Below are positions 49,188 through 60,688 of a stretch of 64,000 bases of DNA, piece by piece. Each line of letters starts with the position of its first letter. Position 1 is the stretch's first letter. Source of the stretch: an uncultured delta proteobacterium (GTDB lineage: Bacteria > Desulfobacterota > Binatia > UBA9968); the NCBI GenBank assembly GCA_963727625.1, contig CAVSHR010000008.1, positions 64,001 to 128,000 on the forward strand, read 5' to 3'. The notes under the pieces are model-generated. The model worked only from the letters and a program-made list of their open reading frames with translations, had not been told where the DNA came from and searched no databases. Position numbers and translations under genes: made by a program.

Positions 49188-50471
49188 CTATTGTACCGTC
49201 GGCGCCGCGCCGAAATAGTTCTTCCAGGCCAGGGTCAAGAGATCGTTGGATAGCACCATGGGGCGATTCTCGTATTTGCACAGATCGACGCAACGGAGAA
49301 TCAAGTCACGCGGCTCGCAACCGCGCAGCGGGCGTTTATCCGCTTTATAGAGGCGAAAGGCAAAATCAAGATATTTGGGGTCATAGTCAAAGCCGCTTTG
49401 CCGGACGAATTGTTCGAAGATTTTCGCATACATATCACGATCCGGAGCGTTGACGTACAGACGGTAGCCCATGCGGCGTAAGAAAGCATCGTCCACCAGA
49501 TCACTGGGGTCGAGGTTGGTGGCAAAGATTAGCAGCTGCTCAAAGGGTACTTCGATCTTTTTGCCGGTATGCAGGGTGAGATAATCGATACGTCCTTCGA
49601 GAGGCACAATCCAGCGGTTGAGGAGGTCGTGGGGATCCACGCGCTGGCGGCCGAAATCGTCGATAACCAGTGTGCCGCCGTTGGATTTCATTTGAAACGG
49701 CGCCTCATAAAAGCGCACGGAGTTGCTGTAGATCAAGTCCATGGTCTCGATGGTCATTTCGCCGCCCACGATAACAACCGGCCGCTTGATCCTGATCCAG
49801 CGCTCGTCGTAGCGATCGATTCCGGTAACTGGAACCGGCTGATGGTTATGCAGGTCGAAAACTTTAATTACCTGGCTATCGACTTCGATAGCGTGGGGAA
49901 TCCAGATTTCGCCATGTTGAGCGCCGTGTAACGCCGTGGCGATGGTGGTCTTGCCGTTGCCGGAGGGGCCGGTCATGAACAGGCTGCGGCGCGAATTGGC
50001 GACGAGCCCGAGTGTCTGCACCGTGCTCTCGGGAAGCACCAGTCCTGACATGGCTAGGCGCACGTCCTCGGGTTGAATCGGTTCGCGCGCGGCGCTCTGG
50101 CGTAAGACCATCTCGTTATAAGCCGGCAAGGACACCGGCGCCGGACCGATGTAACCGTTCATATCAAGCAATTGTTGAGCGCGCTGCCAGCCGCGGTCGA
50201 GCATGCCGTAACGATTGTTGCCGTAGCTTATCAGGCCACGAATTTCAACGAATTTTTCGCGATAGAGATGCTGCAACAGTTCTTCGGTTACGGGCATCGC
50301 TAACCTGAGTTTTTCCGCTGCTCTTTCGGTGGTGCAATTAGCGTCGGCGTAAACGGTCTTCAGTGCCAGGTCGGCGAGAAAGCCGAAATCAAGTTGGGTG
50401 TTTTCAACTTTCAAGGGGATCGGTGGAACAAACATTGGCGCTGCAGATACGGTTGGCTCTGGTTTGCTCAT
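49188..50471 (-). CDS. Uncharacterised AAA-family ATPase
   Basis: GPSGNGKT, LVIDDFGR, FATN and DDAFLRR; N-terminal wHTH-like region. Confidence 0.8.
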   Translation of the reverse strand: MSKPEPTVSAAPMFVPPIPLKVENTQLDFGFLADLALKTVYADANCTTERAAEKLRLAMPVTEELLQHLYREKFVEIRGLISYGNNRYGMLDRGWQRAQQLLDMNGYIGPAPVSLPAYNEMVLRQSAAREPIQPEDVRLAMSGLVLPESTVQTLGLVANSRRSLFMTGPSGNGKTTIATALHGAQHGEIWIPHAIEVDSQVIKVFDLHNHQPVPVTGIDRYDERWIRIKRPVVIVGGEMTIETMDLIYSNSVRFYEAPFQMKSNGGTLVIDDFGRQRVDPHDLLNRWIVPLEGRIDYLTLHTGKKIEVPFEQLLIFATNLDPSDLVDDAFLRRMGYRLYVNAPDRDMYAKIFEQFVRQSGFDYDPKYLDFAFRLYKADKRPLRGCEPRDLILRCVDLCKYENRPMVLSNDLLTLAWKNYFGAAPTVQ

Positions 50472-50787
50472 GATTCGCTAAAAACCTCCGATTTTACAGG
50501 ATCAGGACGGCATTTCGGCTACTGCTTGAAGCATGACCGCCTTGCCGACTCACAAGCCTTTATTTTAGGAGCTAACAGCCGCTTTAGCAATCAAAACCAG
50601 GGGTTTGAAGTGAATTTCCCGTTCCAGCTACCTGGAAGGCATGCTGGGGCACAAAAGGTGCCGTGGCGGTGCCTTTCCAGCGTGCGCCGATCCACCCCCC
50701 CTGATCTGAGCCGGTAGCGCCTGCAGTGGCCGCGCATTGAAGCGCAAATACGCTTGTGTTATAAATCGCTTGTTTAAGGGGAGTTCT

Positions 50788-50991
50788 ATGAAAGCAGCTA
50801 TCCATCCGGAATATAAGAGTTCGACCATTACTTGCGCCTGCGGCCATGTGGTGGAGACGCGTTCAACGGTGGGCAATCTCCACGTGGAAATTTGCTCCAA
50901 CTGCCACCCCTTCTTCACCGGCAAACAAAAATTGCTAGACTCAGCGGGTCGAGTAGAGAAATTTAGAAAGAAATACGGCCTGAAGAACTGA
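50788..50991 (+). CDS. rpmE: 50S ribosomal protein L31 (zinc-binding type)
   Basis: [23 protein letters not shown] and GRVEKF. Confidence 0.97.
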   Translation: MKAAIHPEYKSSTITCACGHVVETRSTVGNLHVEICSNCHPFFTGKQKLLDSAGRVEKFRKKYGLKN

Positions 50992-51044
50992 GACCAGCGG
51001 AGGACTGAGGCTGAATGTGAGTTACTAGGGAATTGCGGTACCTG

Positions 51045-51086
51045 AAAGGGCAAAGGGTGGCTATATAATCCCTTTGCCCTTTTTTT
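51045..51086 (+). terminator. Rho-independent terminator after rpmE
   Basis: AAAGGGCAAAGGG...CCCTTTGCCC followed by T7. Confidence 0.8.
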
Positions 51087-51125
51087 ATTCCGGTAATTCC
51101 ATTTTTCTATAATTGTGAACCGGCC

Positions 51126-52229
51126 ATGCTTGATAAACTAGCTGAAGTTGAGAATCGCTACGTGGAGCTGGAAAGGATGATGTTGGATCCCCAGCTCTTA
51201 AGCCAGCAGCGGGAATACTCCAAACTTGCCAAGGAGCGCGCCGAGTTGGAGGAGATCGTCAGTTGTTTCCGCGAATGGCGCAAGGTCGAGCAGGAAATCC
51301 AGGAAAACCGCCAGCTTCTCGACGAGACTGACGAAGCGATTCGCGAGCTGGCGAAAGAAGAGATGACGACTTTGCGCGAACGCAAAGAAGCGCTCGAAAC
51401 TCGCCTGAAAATGCTGATTCTGCCGAAGGATCCTAACGACGCGAAGAACGTGATCGTGGAAATCCGCGCGGGTACCGGCGGCGATGAAGCGGCACTGTTC
51501 GCGGCGGAGCTTTTCCGTATGTACAGCCGGTACGCCGAGTCGCGGCGCTGGCGGGTGGAGATGATGAGCTCGAACCCGACGGGATTGGGCGGGTACAAAG
51601 AAATCATCATAAGCATCGAGGGCAAAGGCGCCTATTCGAGACTCAAATTCGAGGGTGGCGTGCACCGCGTTCAGCGTGTGCCGGTGACCGAAGGTTCGGG
51701 ACGCATACACACCTCGGCGGTGACCGTCGCGGTATTGGCTGAAGCCGACGAAGTGGAAATTGCCATCGATCCCAAAGAGTTGCGTATCGATGTCTTTCGT
51801 TCGTCGGGTCCGGGTGGGCAAAGCGTCAACACGACGGATTCGGCGGTGCGGATCACACATATTCCCACGAGCATAGTGATTTCCTGTCAGGACGAAAAGT
51901 CGCAGCACAAAAACCGCGCCAAGGGTATGAAGATTTTGCGCGCCCGCTTGTTGGAACGAAAGCAGGAAGAGCAACGCTCGGAAATCGCGGCTACGCGCAA
52001 GTTGATGGTTGGCAGCGGCGACCGCAGCGAGCGGATTCGAACCTACAACTTTCCGCAGGGGCGGCTGACCGATCATCGGATCAATTTTACCCTGTATAAG
52101 TTGGAACGGGTGATGGAGGGAGAGCTTGACGAAGTCATCGATGCGCTGATTACCCATTACCAAGCCGAAGTGCTGCGCGCGACTGGATCGGCCGAGCAGA
52201 ATGGAAAACCAGTCAACCGAAACGATTGA
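51126..52229 (+). CDS. prfA: Peptide chain release factor 1
   Basis: GTGGDEA, PVT anticodon loop and GPGGQSVN. Confidence 0.97.
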   Translation: MLDKLAEVENRYVELERMMLDPQLLSQQREYSKLAKERAELEEIVSCFREWRKVEQEIQENRQLLDETDEAIRELAKEEMTTLRERKEALETRLKMLILPKDPNDAKNVIVEIRAGTGGDEAALFAAELFRMYSRYAESRRWRVEMMSSNPTGLGGYKEIIISIEGKGAYSRLKFEGGVHRVQRVPVTEGSGRIHTSAVTVAVLAEADEVEIAIDPKELRIDVFRSSGPGGQSVNTTDSAVRITHIPTSIVISCQDEKSQHKNRAKGMKILRARLLERKQEEQRSEIAATRKLMVGSGDRSERIRTYNFPQGRLTDHRINFTLYKLERVMEGELDEVIDALITHYQAEVLRATGSAEQNGKPVNRND

Positions 52230-53103
52230 AGCGCCGGCAACGCGACTCTCCGTGGTTCTGCGAGAGGGCGCGTGGCGTTTGCATGCCAGCGGCATCGACA
52301 GCGCGGCTCTCGATGCCGAGCTGCTGCTCGGGCATGTTCTCGAGATCTCCCGAGAACAGTTGGCGACCGCGACCGATAGAGTCCTTAGCCCCTCGAAATT
52401 GCAAGATTACCAGCGCCTTTTGGCGCGGCGCTGCGGTCATGAGCCAGTGGCCTACATCATCGGCAGGCGCGAATTTTGGTCGCTGGATTTTCAGATCACG
52501 CCGGCGGTGCTGATCCCGCGTCCGGAGACTGAACGCTTGGTTGAAATTGTCATCGAGCTGGCTGGCGAAGCAGGCTCTGGGCGACCGCTCCGAATTGTCG
52601 ATATCGGCACCGGCAGCGGCGCCGTTGCGGTCGCGCTGGCGAGCGAGTTGGCAAACGCGGAAATTTTTGCGACGGATATCTCCGCCGAGGCTCTCGCTGT
52701 CGCGGTGGCAAATGCGGCGAGAAATTGCGTCGCCGGCAAAATTGAATTTGCTCACGGTGATCTTTTTGCCGGGTTACCGACGGATCAGCTTTTCGATTTC
52801 ATCGTGTCGAATCCCCCCTATGTTCGCCGCGCTGAAATTGATCGGCTCGATCTTGAGGTGAGCCGTTGGGAACCGCGTGGTGCGTTGGACGGGGGGTTGG
52901 ACGGCCTCGATTTTTATCTGGGCATTGCGGCGCAGTCTTGTCAATATTTATGCCCGAATGGCGCCGTAGTTGTCGAAATCGGTGACGGCATGGGCGAGGC
53001 AGTGGCGGCGCTCTTCAAAGACAGCGCCGGCTGCGCCAGAGTCGAGATTCACAAGGATTACGCTGGAATCGATCGCGTCGTGGTGGCGCGCAAGAGCGTT
53101 TAG
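52201..53103 (+). CDS. prmC: Release factor glutamine methyltransferase
   Basis: [15 protein letters not shown] and SNPPY; follows prfA. Confidence 0.95.
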   Translation: MENQSTETIEAPATRLSVVLREGAWRLHASGIDSAALDAELLLGHVLEISREQLATATDRVLSPSKLQDYQRLLARRCGHEPVAYIIGRREFWSLDFQITPAVLIPRPETERLVEIVIELAGEAGSGRPLRIVDIGTGSGAVAVALASELANAEIFATDISAEALAVAVANAARNCVAGKIEFAHGDLFAGLPTDQLFDFIVSNPPYVRRAEIDRLDLEVSRWEPRGALDGGLDGLDFYLGIAAQSCQYLCPNGAVVVEIGDGMGEAVAALFKDSAGCARVEIHKDYAGIDRVVVARKSV

Positions 53104-53133
53104 AGATCGAGCTCGGCTCAAGGAAACTCGCTG

Positions 53134-54402
53134 GTGGATAAGATCATCATTCAAGGCGGCAAGAGTCTTACCGGGGAAATCACCGCGAGCGGCTCGAAAA
53201 ACGCCGCGCTGCCGGTGTTGATCTCCTCGTTGCTCACAGCGGAGCCCTGCGTGTACCGCCGTATACCCCATCTGGCCGACATCCGCACGACGTTGAAACT
53301 CCTCGCCGGTTTGGGCGTGACAGTCGAGCAGCAACGCTGGCTCCAGGGCGCGGATGATTTAACGCTTGAAGCCGACGGCATCGACAAATGCGAAGCGCCT
53401 TATGATTTGGTTAAAATCATGCGCGCGTCGTTCTTGGTGTTGGGGCCGCTGCTGGCGCGCTTCGGCCAGGCGCGGGTTTCGACGCCGGGCGGTTGCGCCA
53501 TCGGCGCGCGGCCGATCAATCTCCATCTCAAGGGTTTGGAAGCGATGGGCGCGGCCATCGAGCAAAGCCACGGCTACGTGGAAGCCAAGGCGGCTCGATT
53601 GCGCGGCGCGAAAATTTATCTCGATCTACCCTCCGTCGGTGCCACCGAAAATCTCATGATGGCGGCGACGCTCGCCGAAGGCACCACGGTGATCGAAAAC
53701 GCGGCTAAAGAACCTGAGATCGAGGACCTGGCCAACGCTCTCAACGCGATGGGCGGCAGGGTGCAAGGTGCGGGCAGCGATATCGTTCAGATCGACGGCG
53801 TGCGGGCGCTGCATGGCGTGACCCATGACACTATTCCCGACCGTATTGAAGCCGGCAGTTTTGTTATTGCCGCCGCGCTCAACGGACGGGATGTGTTGGT
53901 AAGAGACGCCCGCGCCGAACATCTCGATGCATTTCTCATCAAGCTCAAGGAGGCCGGTATGCGGCTTGCCGCTGATGGCGCAGGGATCCGGGTGCAGCGC
54001 AGCGGCCCGATCAAGAGCGTCGATGTGACTACCCTGGCTTATCCTGGCTTTCCGACCGATCTCCAAGCGCAGATGATGGTGTTGATGGCGGTGGCCGACG
54101 GCGTGAGCGTGATCACTGAAACGATCTTCGAAAATCGTTTTATGCACGTCCTGGAGCTTGACCGCATGGGCGCGCAGATCAAGCTGGAAGGTAATCGCGC
54201 CGTGGTGCGCGGCGTGAAGGAGCTGTCGGGCGCGCCGGTGATGGCCAGCGACTTACGGGCGAGCGTTGCTTTGATACTCGCCGGTCTGGTCGCCAACGGC
54301 ACCACCGAAGTGGCGCGCGTCTATCATCTGGACCGCGGCTACGAATATATCGAAAGAAAATTGTCACAATTGGGCGCAGCCATAGAGCGCGTGCCGGGCT
54401 AG
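53134..54402 (+). CDS. murA: UDP-N-acetylglucosamine 1-carboxyvinyltransferase
   Basis: [31 protein letters not shown] and HLDRGY. Confidence 0.97.
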   Translation: MDKIIIQGGKSLTGEITASGSKNAALPVLISSLLTAEPCVYRRIPHLADIRTTLKLLAGLGVTVEQQRWLQGADDLTLEADGIDKCEAPYDLVKIMRASFLVLGPLLARFGQARVSTPGGCAIGARPINLHLKGLEAMGAAIEQSHGYVEAKAARLRGAKIYLDLPSVGATENLMMAATLAEGTTVIENAAKEPEIEDLANALNAMGGRVQGAGSDIVQIDGVRALHGVTHDTIPDRIEAGSFVIAAALNGRDVLVRDARAEHLDAFLIKLKEAGMRLAADGAGIRVQRSGPIKSVDVTTLAYPGFPTDLQAQMMVLMAVADGVSVITETIFENRFMHVLELDRMGAQIKLEGNRAVVRGVKELSGAPVMASDLRASVALILAGLVANGTTEVARVYHLDRGYEYIERKLSQLGAAIERVPG

Positions 54403-54471
54403 AATGCGATCAATCGTTCAAGGTTCAATGGTTCAAAGCGATTGCGCAAGCGCCGAGATTCGGTTTTAGGG

Positions 54472-55758
54472 ATGAAAATCAGACTGGTCAAAACTACCGA
54501 TGCGGCATTCAAGCCGTTTATCGGCCGGATTCTCGCGCGACGGGGCACGCGCGATGGCGCAGTCGAGCGCCGCGTAGCCGAGATCGTCGCTGCGGTGCAA
54601 AAACAAGGAGACCGAGCCCTGCTACGCTATACCGAACGTTTCGATCACGTACGCCTCAGCCGAGCGACCATGGAAGTCCAGCCAGCCGAGATCGAGCGCG
54701 CTTTGGCCAATGTGCCAGGTAAGGACTTGGCGACTTTGCGATTCGCCGCCAAGCGGATCGCCGCGTTTCACCGCCGCCAACTGCAGAAAAGCTGGGAATA
54801 TCGCGACCCGCTCGGCGCCCGGCTCGGCCAAAGGATCACGCCGCTGGAGCGCGTCGGCGTTTATGTGCCGGGCGGCAAAGCGTCTTATCCATCGACCGTG
54901 TTGATGAACACGATTCCCGCGAGAGTCGCGGGAGTCAACGAAATCATCATGACCTCGCCCATCGGCGCCAGCGGCGACATCATTCTTGCCGCGGCGCATA
55001 TCGCCGGTGTCGATCGGATCTTTCGCGTCGGCGGAGCGCAAGCGGTCGCGGCTTTGGCTTTCGGCACCCAAGCGATTCCCAAGGTCGACAAGATCGTCGG
55101 ACCGGGCAATCTTTATGTTGCCACCGCCAAACGGCTGGTGTTCGGAGAGGTGAGCATCGACTCGATCGCCGGGCCGAGTGAGATCCTGCTCTTGGCCGAC
55201 GCGTCGGCCGATCCGCTCCATGTCGCCGCCGATATGCTGTCGCAGGCCGAGCATGACGAGTTGGCAGCGGCGCTGTGCGTGACCGGGTCGATGGCGACGG
55301 CACGGAAGATTCAAAACGCCATCGAAAAACAGCTGCTGAGCACGAAACGACAGGCAATCAGTCTCCAGTCGCTGGCGAAATACGGCGCGATTATCGTCGC
55401 GCGCGGCACAAAGGAGATGGTCGAGCTGGCCAACGCGATCGCGCCGGAGCATATCGAGTTGATCGTTAAACAGCCGCGAAAGCTGGCCAAACAGATCCGC
55501 AACGCCGGCGCAATATTTTTGGGGCCTTATTCGGCGCCGCCGCTGGGCGATTATCTCGCCGGCCCTAATCACGTCTTGCCCACCGGCGGCACCGCACGGT
55601 TTTTTTCGCCACTCGGTACCTATGATTTTCTCAAGCGCACCACCGTGATTCAGGCGGAACGGCGCGCGCTGCGCAGTCTGGCGCCGAAACTCATCCAGCT
55701 GGCGCGTCTCGAGGGGCTCTACGATCACGCGCATTCAGTGGAAGTTCGATTCAAGTAG
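54472..55758 (+). CDS. hisD: Histidinol dehydrogenase
   Basis: [28 protein letters not shown] and GPNHVLPT. Confidence 0.97.
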   Translation: MKIRLVKTTDAAFKPFIGRILARRGTRDGAVERRVAEIVAAVQKQGDRALLRYTERFDHVRLSRATMEVQPAEIERALANVPGKDLATLRFAAKRIAAFHRRQLQKSWEYRDPLGARLGQRITPLERVGVYVPGGKASYPSTVLMNTIPARVAGVNEIIMTSPIGASGDIILAAAHIAGVDRIFRVGGAQAVAALAFGTQAIPKVDKIVGPGNLYVATAKRLVFGEVSIDSIAGPSEILLLADASADPLHVAADMLSQAEHDELAAALCVTGSMATARKIQNAIEKQLLSTKRQAISLQSLAKYGAIIVARGTKEMVELANAIAPEHIELIVKQPRKLAKQIRNAGAIFLGPYSAPPLGDYLAGPNHVLPTGGTARFFSPLGTYDFLKRTTVIQAERRALRSLAPKLIQLARLEGLYDHAHSVEVRFK

Positions 55759-55771
55759 GCGAGGAGCATTT

Positions 55772-56359
55772 ATGGGACGAAGCACAAAAGTTGCTCGCAA
55801 GACCAAGGAGACCGATATTACGGTTACTTTAGAAATCGACGGGTCCGGCCAAGCCGAGATCGAAACCGGCATGCCGTTTTTCAATCATATGCTCGATAGC
55901 TTCAGCCGCCACGGCTTTTTCAATATCACCGTTCGAGCGAAGGGCGATCTCGATGTCGACCTGCATCACACGGTGGAGGACGTCGGCTTGGTGTTGGGCC
56001 AGGCGTTCAAGGACGCGTTGGGCCAAAAGCACGGCATCCGGCGCTTCGGTGAGGCCAGTTGCCCGCTCGACGAAACTCTCGCCAAAGTGGTCGTCGACCT
56101 GAGCGGCCGGCCCTATCTTTCTTACAACGTCAAGATCCGTCCCGGCCGCGTCGGCGATTTCGACACCGACTTGCCGCACGAGTTTTTCGCCGCTTTCGCC
56201 AATCAGCTCGGCATGAACCTGCATATCGACGTGCCGCGCGGCGAAAACCCGCATCACATCATCGAGGCTTGCTTCAAGGCGTTCGCCCGCGCCATGGACA
56301 TGGCGACGCAGCTCGATCCGCGCGTGCAGGGCGCGCTCTCGACCAAAGGGACGCTGTAG
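55772..56359 (+). CDS. hisB: Imidazoleglycerol-phosphate dehydratase
   Basis: RKTKET, HHTVED and NPHHIIE. Confidence 0.97.
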   Translation: MGRSTKVARKTKETDITVTLEIDGSGQAEIETGMPFFNHMLDSFSRHGFFNITVRAKGDLDVDLHHTVEDVGLVLGQAFKDALGQKHGIRRFGEASCPLDETLAKVVVDLSGRPYLSYNVKIRPGRVGDFDTDLPHEFFAAFANQLGMNLHIDVPRGENPHHIIEACFKAFARAMDMATQLDPRVQGALSTKGTL

Positions 56360-56393
56360 AAATTGAGTTCAGTTCGTTCCAGGCGAAAAATCT

Positions 56394-57011
56394 ATGATTG
56401 CAGTGATCGATTACGGCATGGGCAACCTGCGCAGCGTGCAAAAGGGGCTGGAGCGCACCGGCTCGGTGGCTGAGATCACCCGCGATTTGGCCAAGATTCA
56501 AACGGCGCGCGGCGTGGTTTTGCCCGGCGTCGGCGCCTTCAGCGCCTGCATGGAAAACCTCGGCAAGTTCGGCTTGATCGAACCAATTTGCGAGATCGTC
56601 CGGCGGCAAACACCGTTCCTGGGCATCTGTCTCGGGTTCCAGTTGCTTTTTTCCGAGAGCGAGGAGTTCGGCCGTCAGAAAGGGCTAAATCTGTTTCCCG
56701 GAAAAGTGGTCGGCTTTCACGCCAAAGAAAATCTCAAAGTGCCGCATATGGGCTGGAATCGCATCGAGAAAAAATTGGACTCGCCGTTTCTCGACGGGCT
56801 TTCGAGCGGTGATTACGTTTACTTCGTGCACTCGTTCTACGTCGTGCCCGGCGACAACTCGATCGTCGCCACGACCACGGAGTATGGCGATTCATTCGTC
56901 TCCAGCATCGCGACCGAGTCCCTGTTCGCCTGTCAATTTCATCCGGAAAAGAGCCAGGAGCTGGGGCTGCGCATTCTCGCCAACTTTGGTCGTTTTGTAA
57001 ATTCGAATTAA
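56394..57011 (+). CDS. hisH: Imidazole glycerol phosphate synthase glutaminase subunit
   Basis: DYGMGNL, PGVG, GICLG, PHMGW and QFHPEKS. Confidence 0.97.
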   Translation: MIAVIDYGMGNLRSVQKGLERTGSVAEITRDLAKIQTARGVVLPGVGAFSACMENLGKFGLIEPICEIVRRQTPFLGICLGFQLLFSESEEFGRQKGLNLFPGKVVGFHAKENLKVPHMGWNRIEKKLDSPFLDGLSSGDYVYFVHSFYVVPGDNSIVATTTEYGDSFVSSIATESLFACQFHPEKSQELGLRILANFGRFVNSN

Positions 57012-57015
57012 GTTC

Positions 57016-57738
57016 ATGCTGATCATTCCCGCGATCGATCTCAAAGATGGCCGCTGCGTGCGCCTGTTTCAGGGGGAAATGGACAAGGAAACCGTCTATT
57101 TTGAAAATCCCGTCGACGCCGCGAAACATTGGGCCGCCGAGGGCGCAACTTTTTTACACATCGTCGATCTGAACGGCGCCGTCGAAGCCCGGCCGGTGCA
57201 TACCAAAGAAGTCGCAGCGATTGCCAAACAACCGGGATTGTCAGTGGAGCTCGGCGGCGGGCTAAGGTCGATCGAAGCCGTCGAGGCTGCGCTTGAGCTC
57301 GGCGTGGCACGGGTCGTGATCGGCACCGCCGCCTACGACAACGCCGAATTTTTCCGCGTTCTGTGCAAAAAATTCCCTGGAAAAATAGTCGTCGGCATCG
57401 ACGCGCGCCAGGGCAAAGTGGCGGTCAAGGGCTGGACGGAAACCACCGCGATGGCGTCCGTCGAGCTGGCTAAGCGCTGCGAAGGTGCTGGCGCGGCGCG
57501 GATCATCTACACCGATATCAGCCGCGATGGCACGCGCGACGGCGTGAACCTCGACGAAACGCTAAAAATCGCTGAGGCCGTACGAATTCCCGTCATTGCA
57601 TCAGGTGGCGTGGCGACGCTGGACGACATTCGCAAGCTTTTGTCGCTGGAGAAAGACGGCGTCGAGGGCGTGATCGTGGGGAAAGCGCTGTATGCGGGGG
57701 CGTTTACATTGCGGGATGGGTTAAACGCTATGAGCTGA
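57016..57738 (+). CDS. hisA: ProFAR isomerase
   Basis: IPAIDLKDGRCVRL, HIVDL, GGGLR, TDISRDG and ASGG. Confidence 0.96.
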   Translation: MLIIPAIDLKDGRCVRLFQGEMDKETVYFENPVDAAKHWAAEGATFLHIVDLNGAVEARPVHTKEVAAIAKQPGLSVELGGGLRSIEAVEAALELGVARVVIGTAAYDNAEFFRVLCKKFPGKIVVGIDARQGKVAVKGWTETTAMASVELAKRCEGAGAARIIYTDISRDGTRDGVNLDETLKIAEAVRIPVIASGGVATLDDIRKLLSLEKDGVEGVIVGKALYAGAFTLRDGLNAMS

Positions 57739-57976
57739 TGCGATCTCGGCGAATGGCGATATCCGGTGTCTGCACAAGTCGCGTCCCGCTGAGTAGTCAG
57801 CGTTTTCAATACAACGCTCAACCATAGGACTCAGGGGACTACGAACAGTTTCATGGTCGCACTTCATGGCACACGAAGTCGGGCGGGCGAAACAGGCGCA
57901 CGGCTTCGCCCTATCGGTGAAGATTGCCCGGCCAAGGCCATTTGGCAATTTCGCAAAAAGATGAATATATGAAGAA

Positions 57977-59305
57977 ATGAACTCCAACAGCTCAGACAAA
58001 ACCGCGAAGCAACCGCCGCTGTCGCTCCCTTTTTACTACGGCTGGCTTGTCGTAGCGCTCTGTTTTTTAACCACTTTGACCAGCGCAGGTGTGCGCTCAT
58101 CGCCGTCGGTTCTGATCCATCCGCTAGAAGCGGAATTCGGTTGGAGCCGCACGCTCATCGCCTCGGCGATCAGTATGAATCTATTGTTGTTTGGCATTGC
58201 TGCGCCGATTACCGGAATTTTGATCGATCGCTTCGGCCCACGCAAAATCATGATGGGGAGCCTGACCCTGCTCATTTTGGGGGTCAGCGGCACTATCGTC
58301 ATGACCCAATTTTGGCAATTTTTTTTAGTCTGGGGCGTCATTGTTGGGGTGGGCGCCGGCGGCGTGGGCTCGGTATTGACGGCAACGGTGGGCAACCGCT
58401 GGTTCGTCGCCAAGCGCGGCCTCGCCCTGGGGATTCTTGGCAGCGCCAGCTCGACCGGTCAGCTTATTTTTCTTCCTCTATTCATGGCGATGATCACCTA
58501 CGCCGGCTGGCGCCTGGGATCGATGACCCTGATCATCGTCGCCTTGCTTATCCTGCCGTTGATTTTTTTCTTTATGCGCGACGATCCATCTGAGGTTGGA
58601 TTAGAACCTTACGGTGCCGGTGATCCGGACGCGGCAAAAGCTGGCGCAACATCTTTGCGCGGCATGCCGGCGAAAAACGCCACGATCACGGTCAAGGAAG
58701 TGATTGGCCATCCGACTTTTTGGCTGCTCGCTGGAAGTTTTTTCGTTTGCGGCGGCACCGCCAATGGTCTGATCGGCACACACCTGATACCGCACGAAAT
58801 CGAGATCGGTATTCCGCAAATCGCCGCCGCGTCGGTGCTCGCCATCATGGGCGGACTGAATATGGTCGGGACGATTTTTTCCGGTTGGATGGTCGATCGG
58901 GTCAAACCGCAGCGCTGGCTCGCGCTGGTGTTTACGCTGCGCGGCGTGTCACTGCTGATCTTGCCCTTTGTCAGGGACTTCAGTGGCTTGGTATATTTTG
59001 CGATTATCTATGGTTTCGATTGGTTCGCTACGGTGCCCCCAACTATGGCGATCACCGCCGATACCTTCGGCCGGCAGAACGTCGGCAGGGTTTACGGCTT
59101 GATTTTTATGTCGCATCAAATCGGCGCGGCGATCATGGCGTCGACTGCGGGCGCGATGCGCACCTGGATGGGCGACTACCAGCTTGCGTTTCTTTCCGGG
59201 GGCGTGATTGCGATGATGGCGGCGGGGTTGGCGTTGCAGATCAAGACCCAACCGCGGGAAGCCGTGAGCCCGCCTCCGGCGGGAGCGCAGCCTGCGAGAG
59301 CGTAA
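57977..59305 (+). CDS. MFS transporter
   Basis: FYYGW, DRFGPRK, RWFVAKRGLA and DWFATVPPT; about 12 TM segments. Confidence 0.9.
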   Translation: MNSNSSDKTAKQPPLSLPFYYGWLVVALCFLTTLTSAGVRSSPSVLIHPLEAEFGWSRTLIASAISMNLLLFGIAAPITGILIDRFGPRKIMMGSLTLLILGVSGTIVMTQFWQFFLVWGVIVGVGAGGVGSVLTATVGNRWFVAKRGLALGILGSASSTGQLIFLPLFMAMITYAGWRLGSMTLIIVALLILPLIFFFMRDDPSEVGLEPYGAGDPDAAKAGATSLRGMPAKNATITVKEVIGHPTFWLLAGSFFVCGGTANGLIGTHLIPHEIEIGIPQIAAASVLAIMGGLNMVGTIFSGWMVDRVKPQRWLALVFTLRGVSLLILPFVRDFSGLVYFAIIYGFDWFATVPPTMAITADTFGRQNVGRVYGLIFMSHQIGAAIMASTAGAMRTWMGDYQLAFLSGGVIAMMAAGLALQIKTQPREAVSPPPAGAQPARA

Positions 59306-59384
59306 GCGAAAAGTTTGTAGTTGCTGGTTTTCAGTTCCTGGTTAATACGGCCGCAAATAGAAACCAGGAAGCAGGAACATTGAG

Positions 59385-59801
59385 TCAGTCGGATTCGGTA
59401 AAGTTGGACACGCGCCACTGGCCGGCTTCCCGGCGCGCGGTGACCAGCCATTTCCTGGTGAAAGCTGTCCCGTCGTCGGACTGAATGGTGCCCTCGTAGA
59501 GAAAGGTGGCCCGCTCGGGTCCTTCTTTTTTCTCCAATAATTTATAATTAATTCGCGGCTTGTGCGTCGATGCGTCGATTTTTTGGCCGACGGTGAGACG
59601 CTGCTCTTCGTTCAATTTGTGCAGCGCAAGACTGACCGCGAGGGCCTTTGCCTTGGCGAGATCGATATTGACGTAATGTTGATCGACAAATTCTTCGACC
59701 ACACCCTTCGCCGTGTTGAGGTCGTGGCCGCAGGCGCCGATGGAAAATATTAACAGCGAAATGCCGAGCAGAATAGGACAGTACCGTTTGAGAAATTTCA
59801 T
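59385..59801 (-). CDS. Putative lipoprotein
   Basis: MKFLKRY plus hydrophobic stretch plus GAC lipobox. Confidence 0.65.
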   Translation of the reverse strand: MKFLKRYCPILLGISLLIFSIGACGHDLNTAKGVVEEFVDQHYVNIDLAKAKALAVSLALHKLNEEQRLTVGQKIDASTHKPRINYKLLEKKEGPERATFLYEGTIQSDDGTAFTRKWLVTARREAGQWRVSNFTESD

Positions 59802-59809
59802 AGCTTTAC

Positions 59810-60598
59810 TTAACGGACATGCTTCATGAGCCAAGCCAGCGATTCTTCGACCGCTGCTTGCATAACCGCCGGGTTGGAGAGCCGGTGATCGGTGTCTTTG
59901 AGAATCGACAAACGCTTCGAGTTGTCCAGGCAGCTGTTGAGTTCATAGGCCTCCTCGACGGGCACGATTTCATCGGCGTCGCCGTGCAGGATCAAAACCG
60001 GACAGCTGACGTTGCGCGCCGCCGCTGCCACGTCCAGCCGATCTAGATCTTCAAGCAGCGAAACGTTCAAACGCTGGCCGTTGTAGTGAGTGAAGCCGCG
60101 CTCGCGCCACTCTTGCAGCTGGGCGGCGGTCAGTATGCGGCGCGGAAATCTTTCTGGATGGAGCGGCGCGGCGACGGTCACCAAACCGGTCACCGCCGGT
60201 TCTTGGGCTGCGAACAACAATGCGACCGTGCCACCCATGCTCGAGCCGAGAATCGCAGTCTTACCTGGGCGGTGGCTTTGGACCACGGCATAACCCGCCT
60301 TGAGATCGTCGACCTCGCCGCTGTAGGTGATGTCTTCAAACTTGCCGCTCGACTCGCCGACATAGGAAAAATCAAAGCGCAGGGTCAATACACCACTTTG
60401 CGCGAGCTTCCGTCCCAAGAAAACGAGTTTTTCGCTATTCTTGTTCGAGTCCATGCCGTGGCAGAGAATGACCGCGCCGGTGGAATTTTCCGCCGATGGA
60501 TGATGCAGCACGCCGCTCAGGGTGTCGCCGCGGCGGTTGCGAAAGCTGATTTTTTCTTCGCGCACAAATCTTTTCTCGTTCGTTTCCATTTTAGCCAT
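59810..60598 (-). CDS. Alpha/beta hydrolase
   Basis: LCHG, RFDF, GSSMG, LHGDADEIV and DH catalytic motifs. Confidence 0.9.
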   Translation of the reverse strand: MAKMETNEKRFVREEKISFRNRRGDTLSGVLHHPSAENSTGAVILCHGMDSNKNSEKLVFLGRKLAQSGVLTLRFDFSYVGESSGKFEDITYSGEVDDLKAGYAVVQSHRPGKTAILGSSMGGTVALLFAAQEPAVTGLVTVAAPLHPERFPRRILTAAQLQEWRERGFTHYNGQRLNVSLLEDLDRLDVAAAARNVSCPVLILHGDADEIVPVEEAYELNSCLDNSKRLSILKDTDHRLSNPAVMQAAVEESLAWLMKHVR

Positions 60599-60688
60599 AA
60601 CATTTCCGCTCGGGTGCGGAAAGCAGACCGAGGAGATTTCGTTATTTAGCCTGGCATGTTATTCTCGGGTTATTAGGGAACGAAGTCC

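Noticed and set aside
51198-55734. Long antisense ORFs (e.g. 51198-52295, 54622-55734; also 23311-24330, 45339-46211)
   Set aside because: They lie opposite well-supported genes and are expected from high-GC codon bias.
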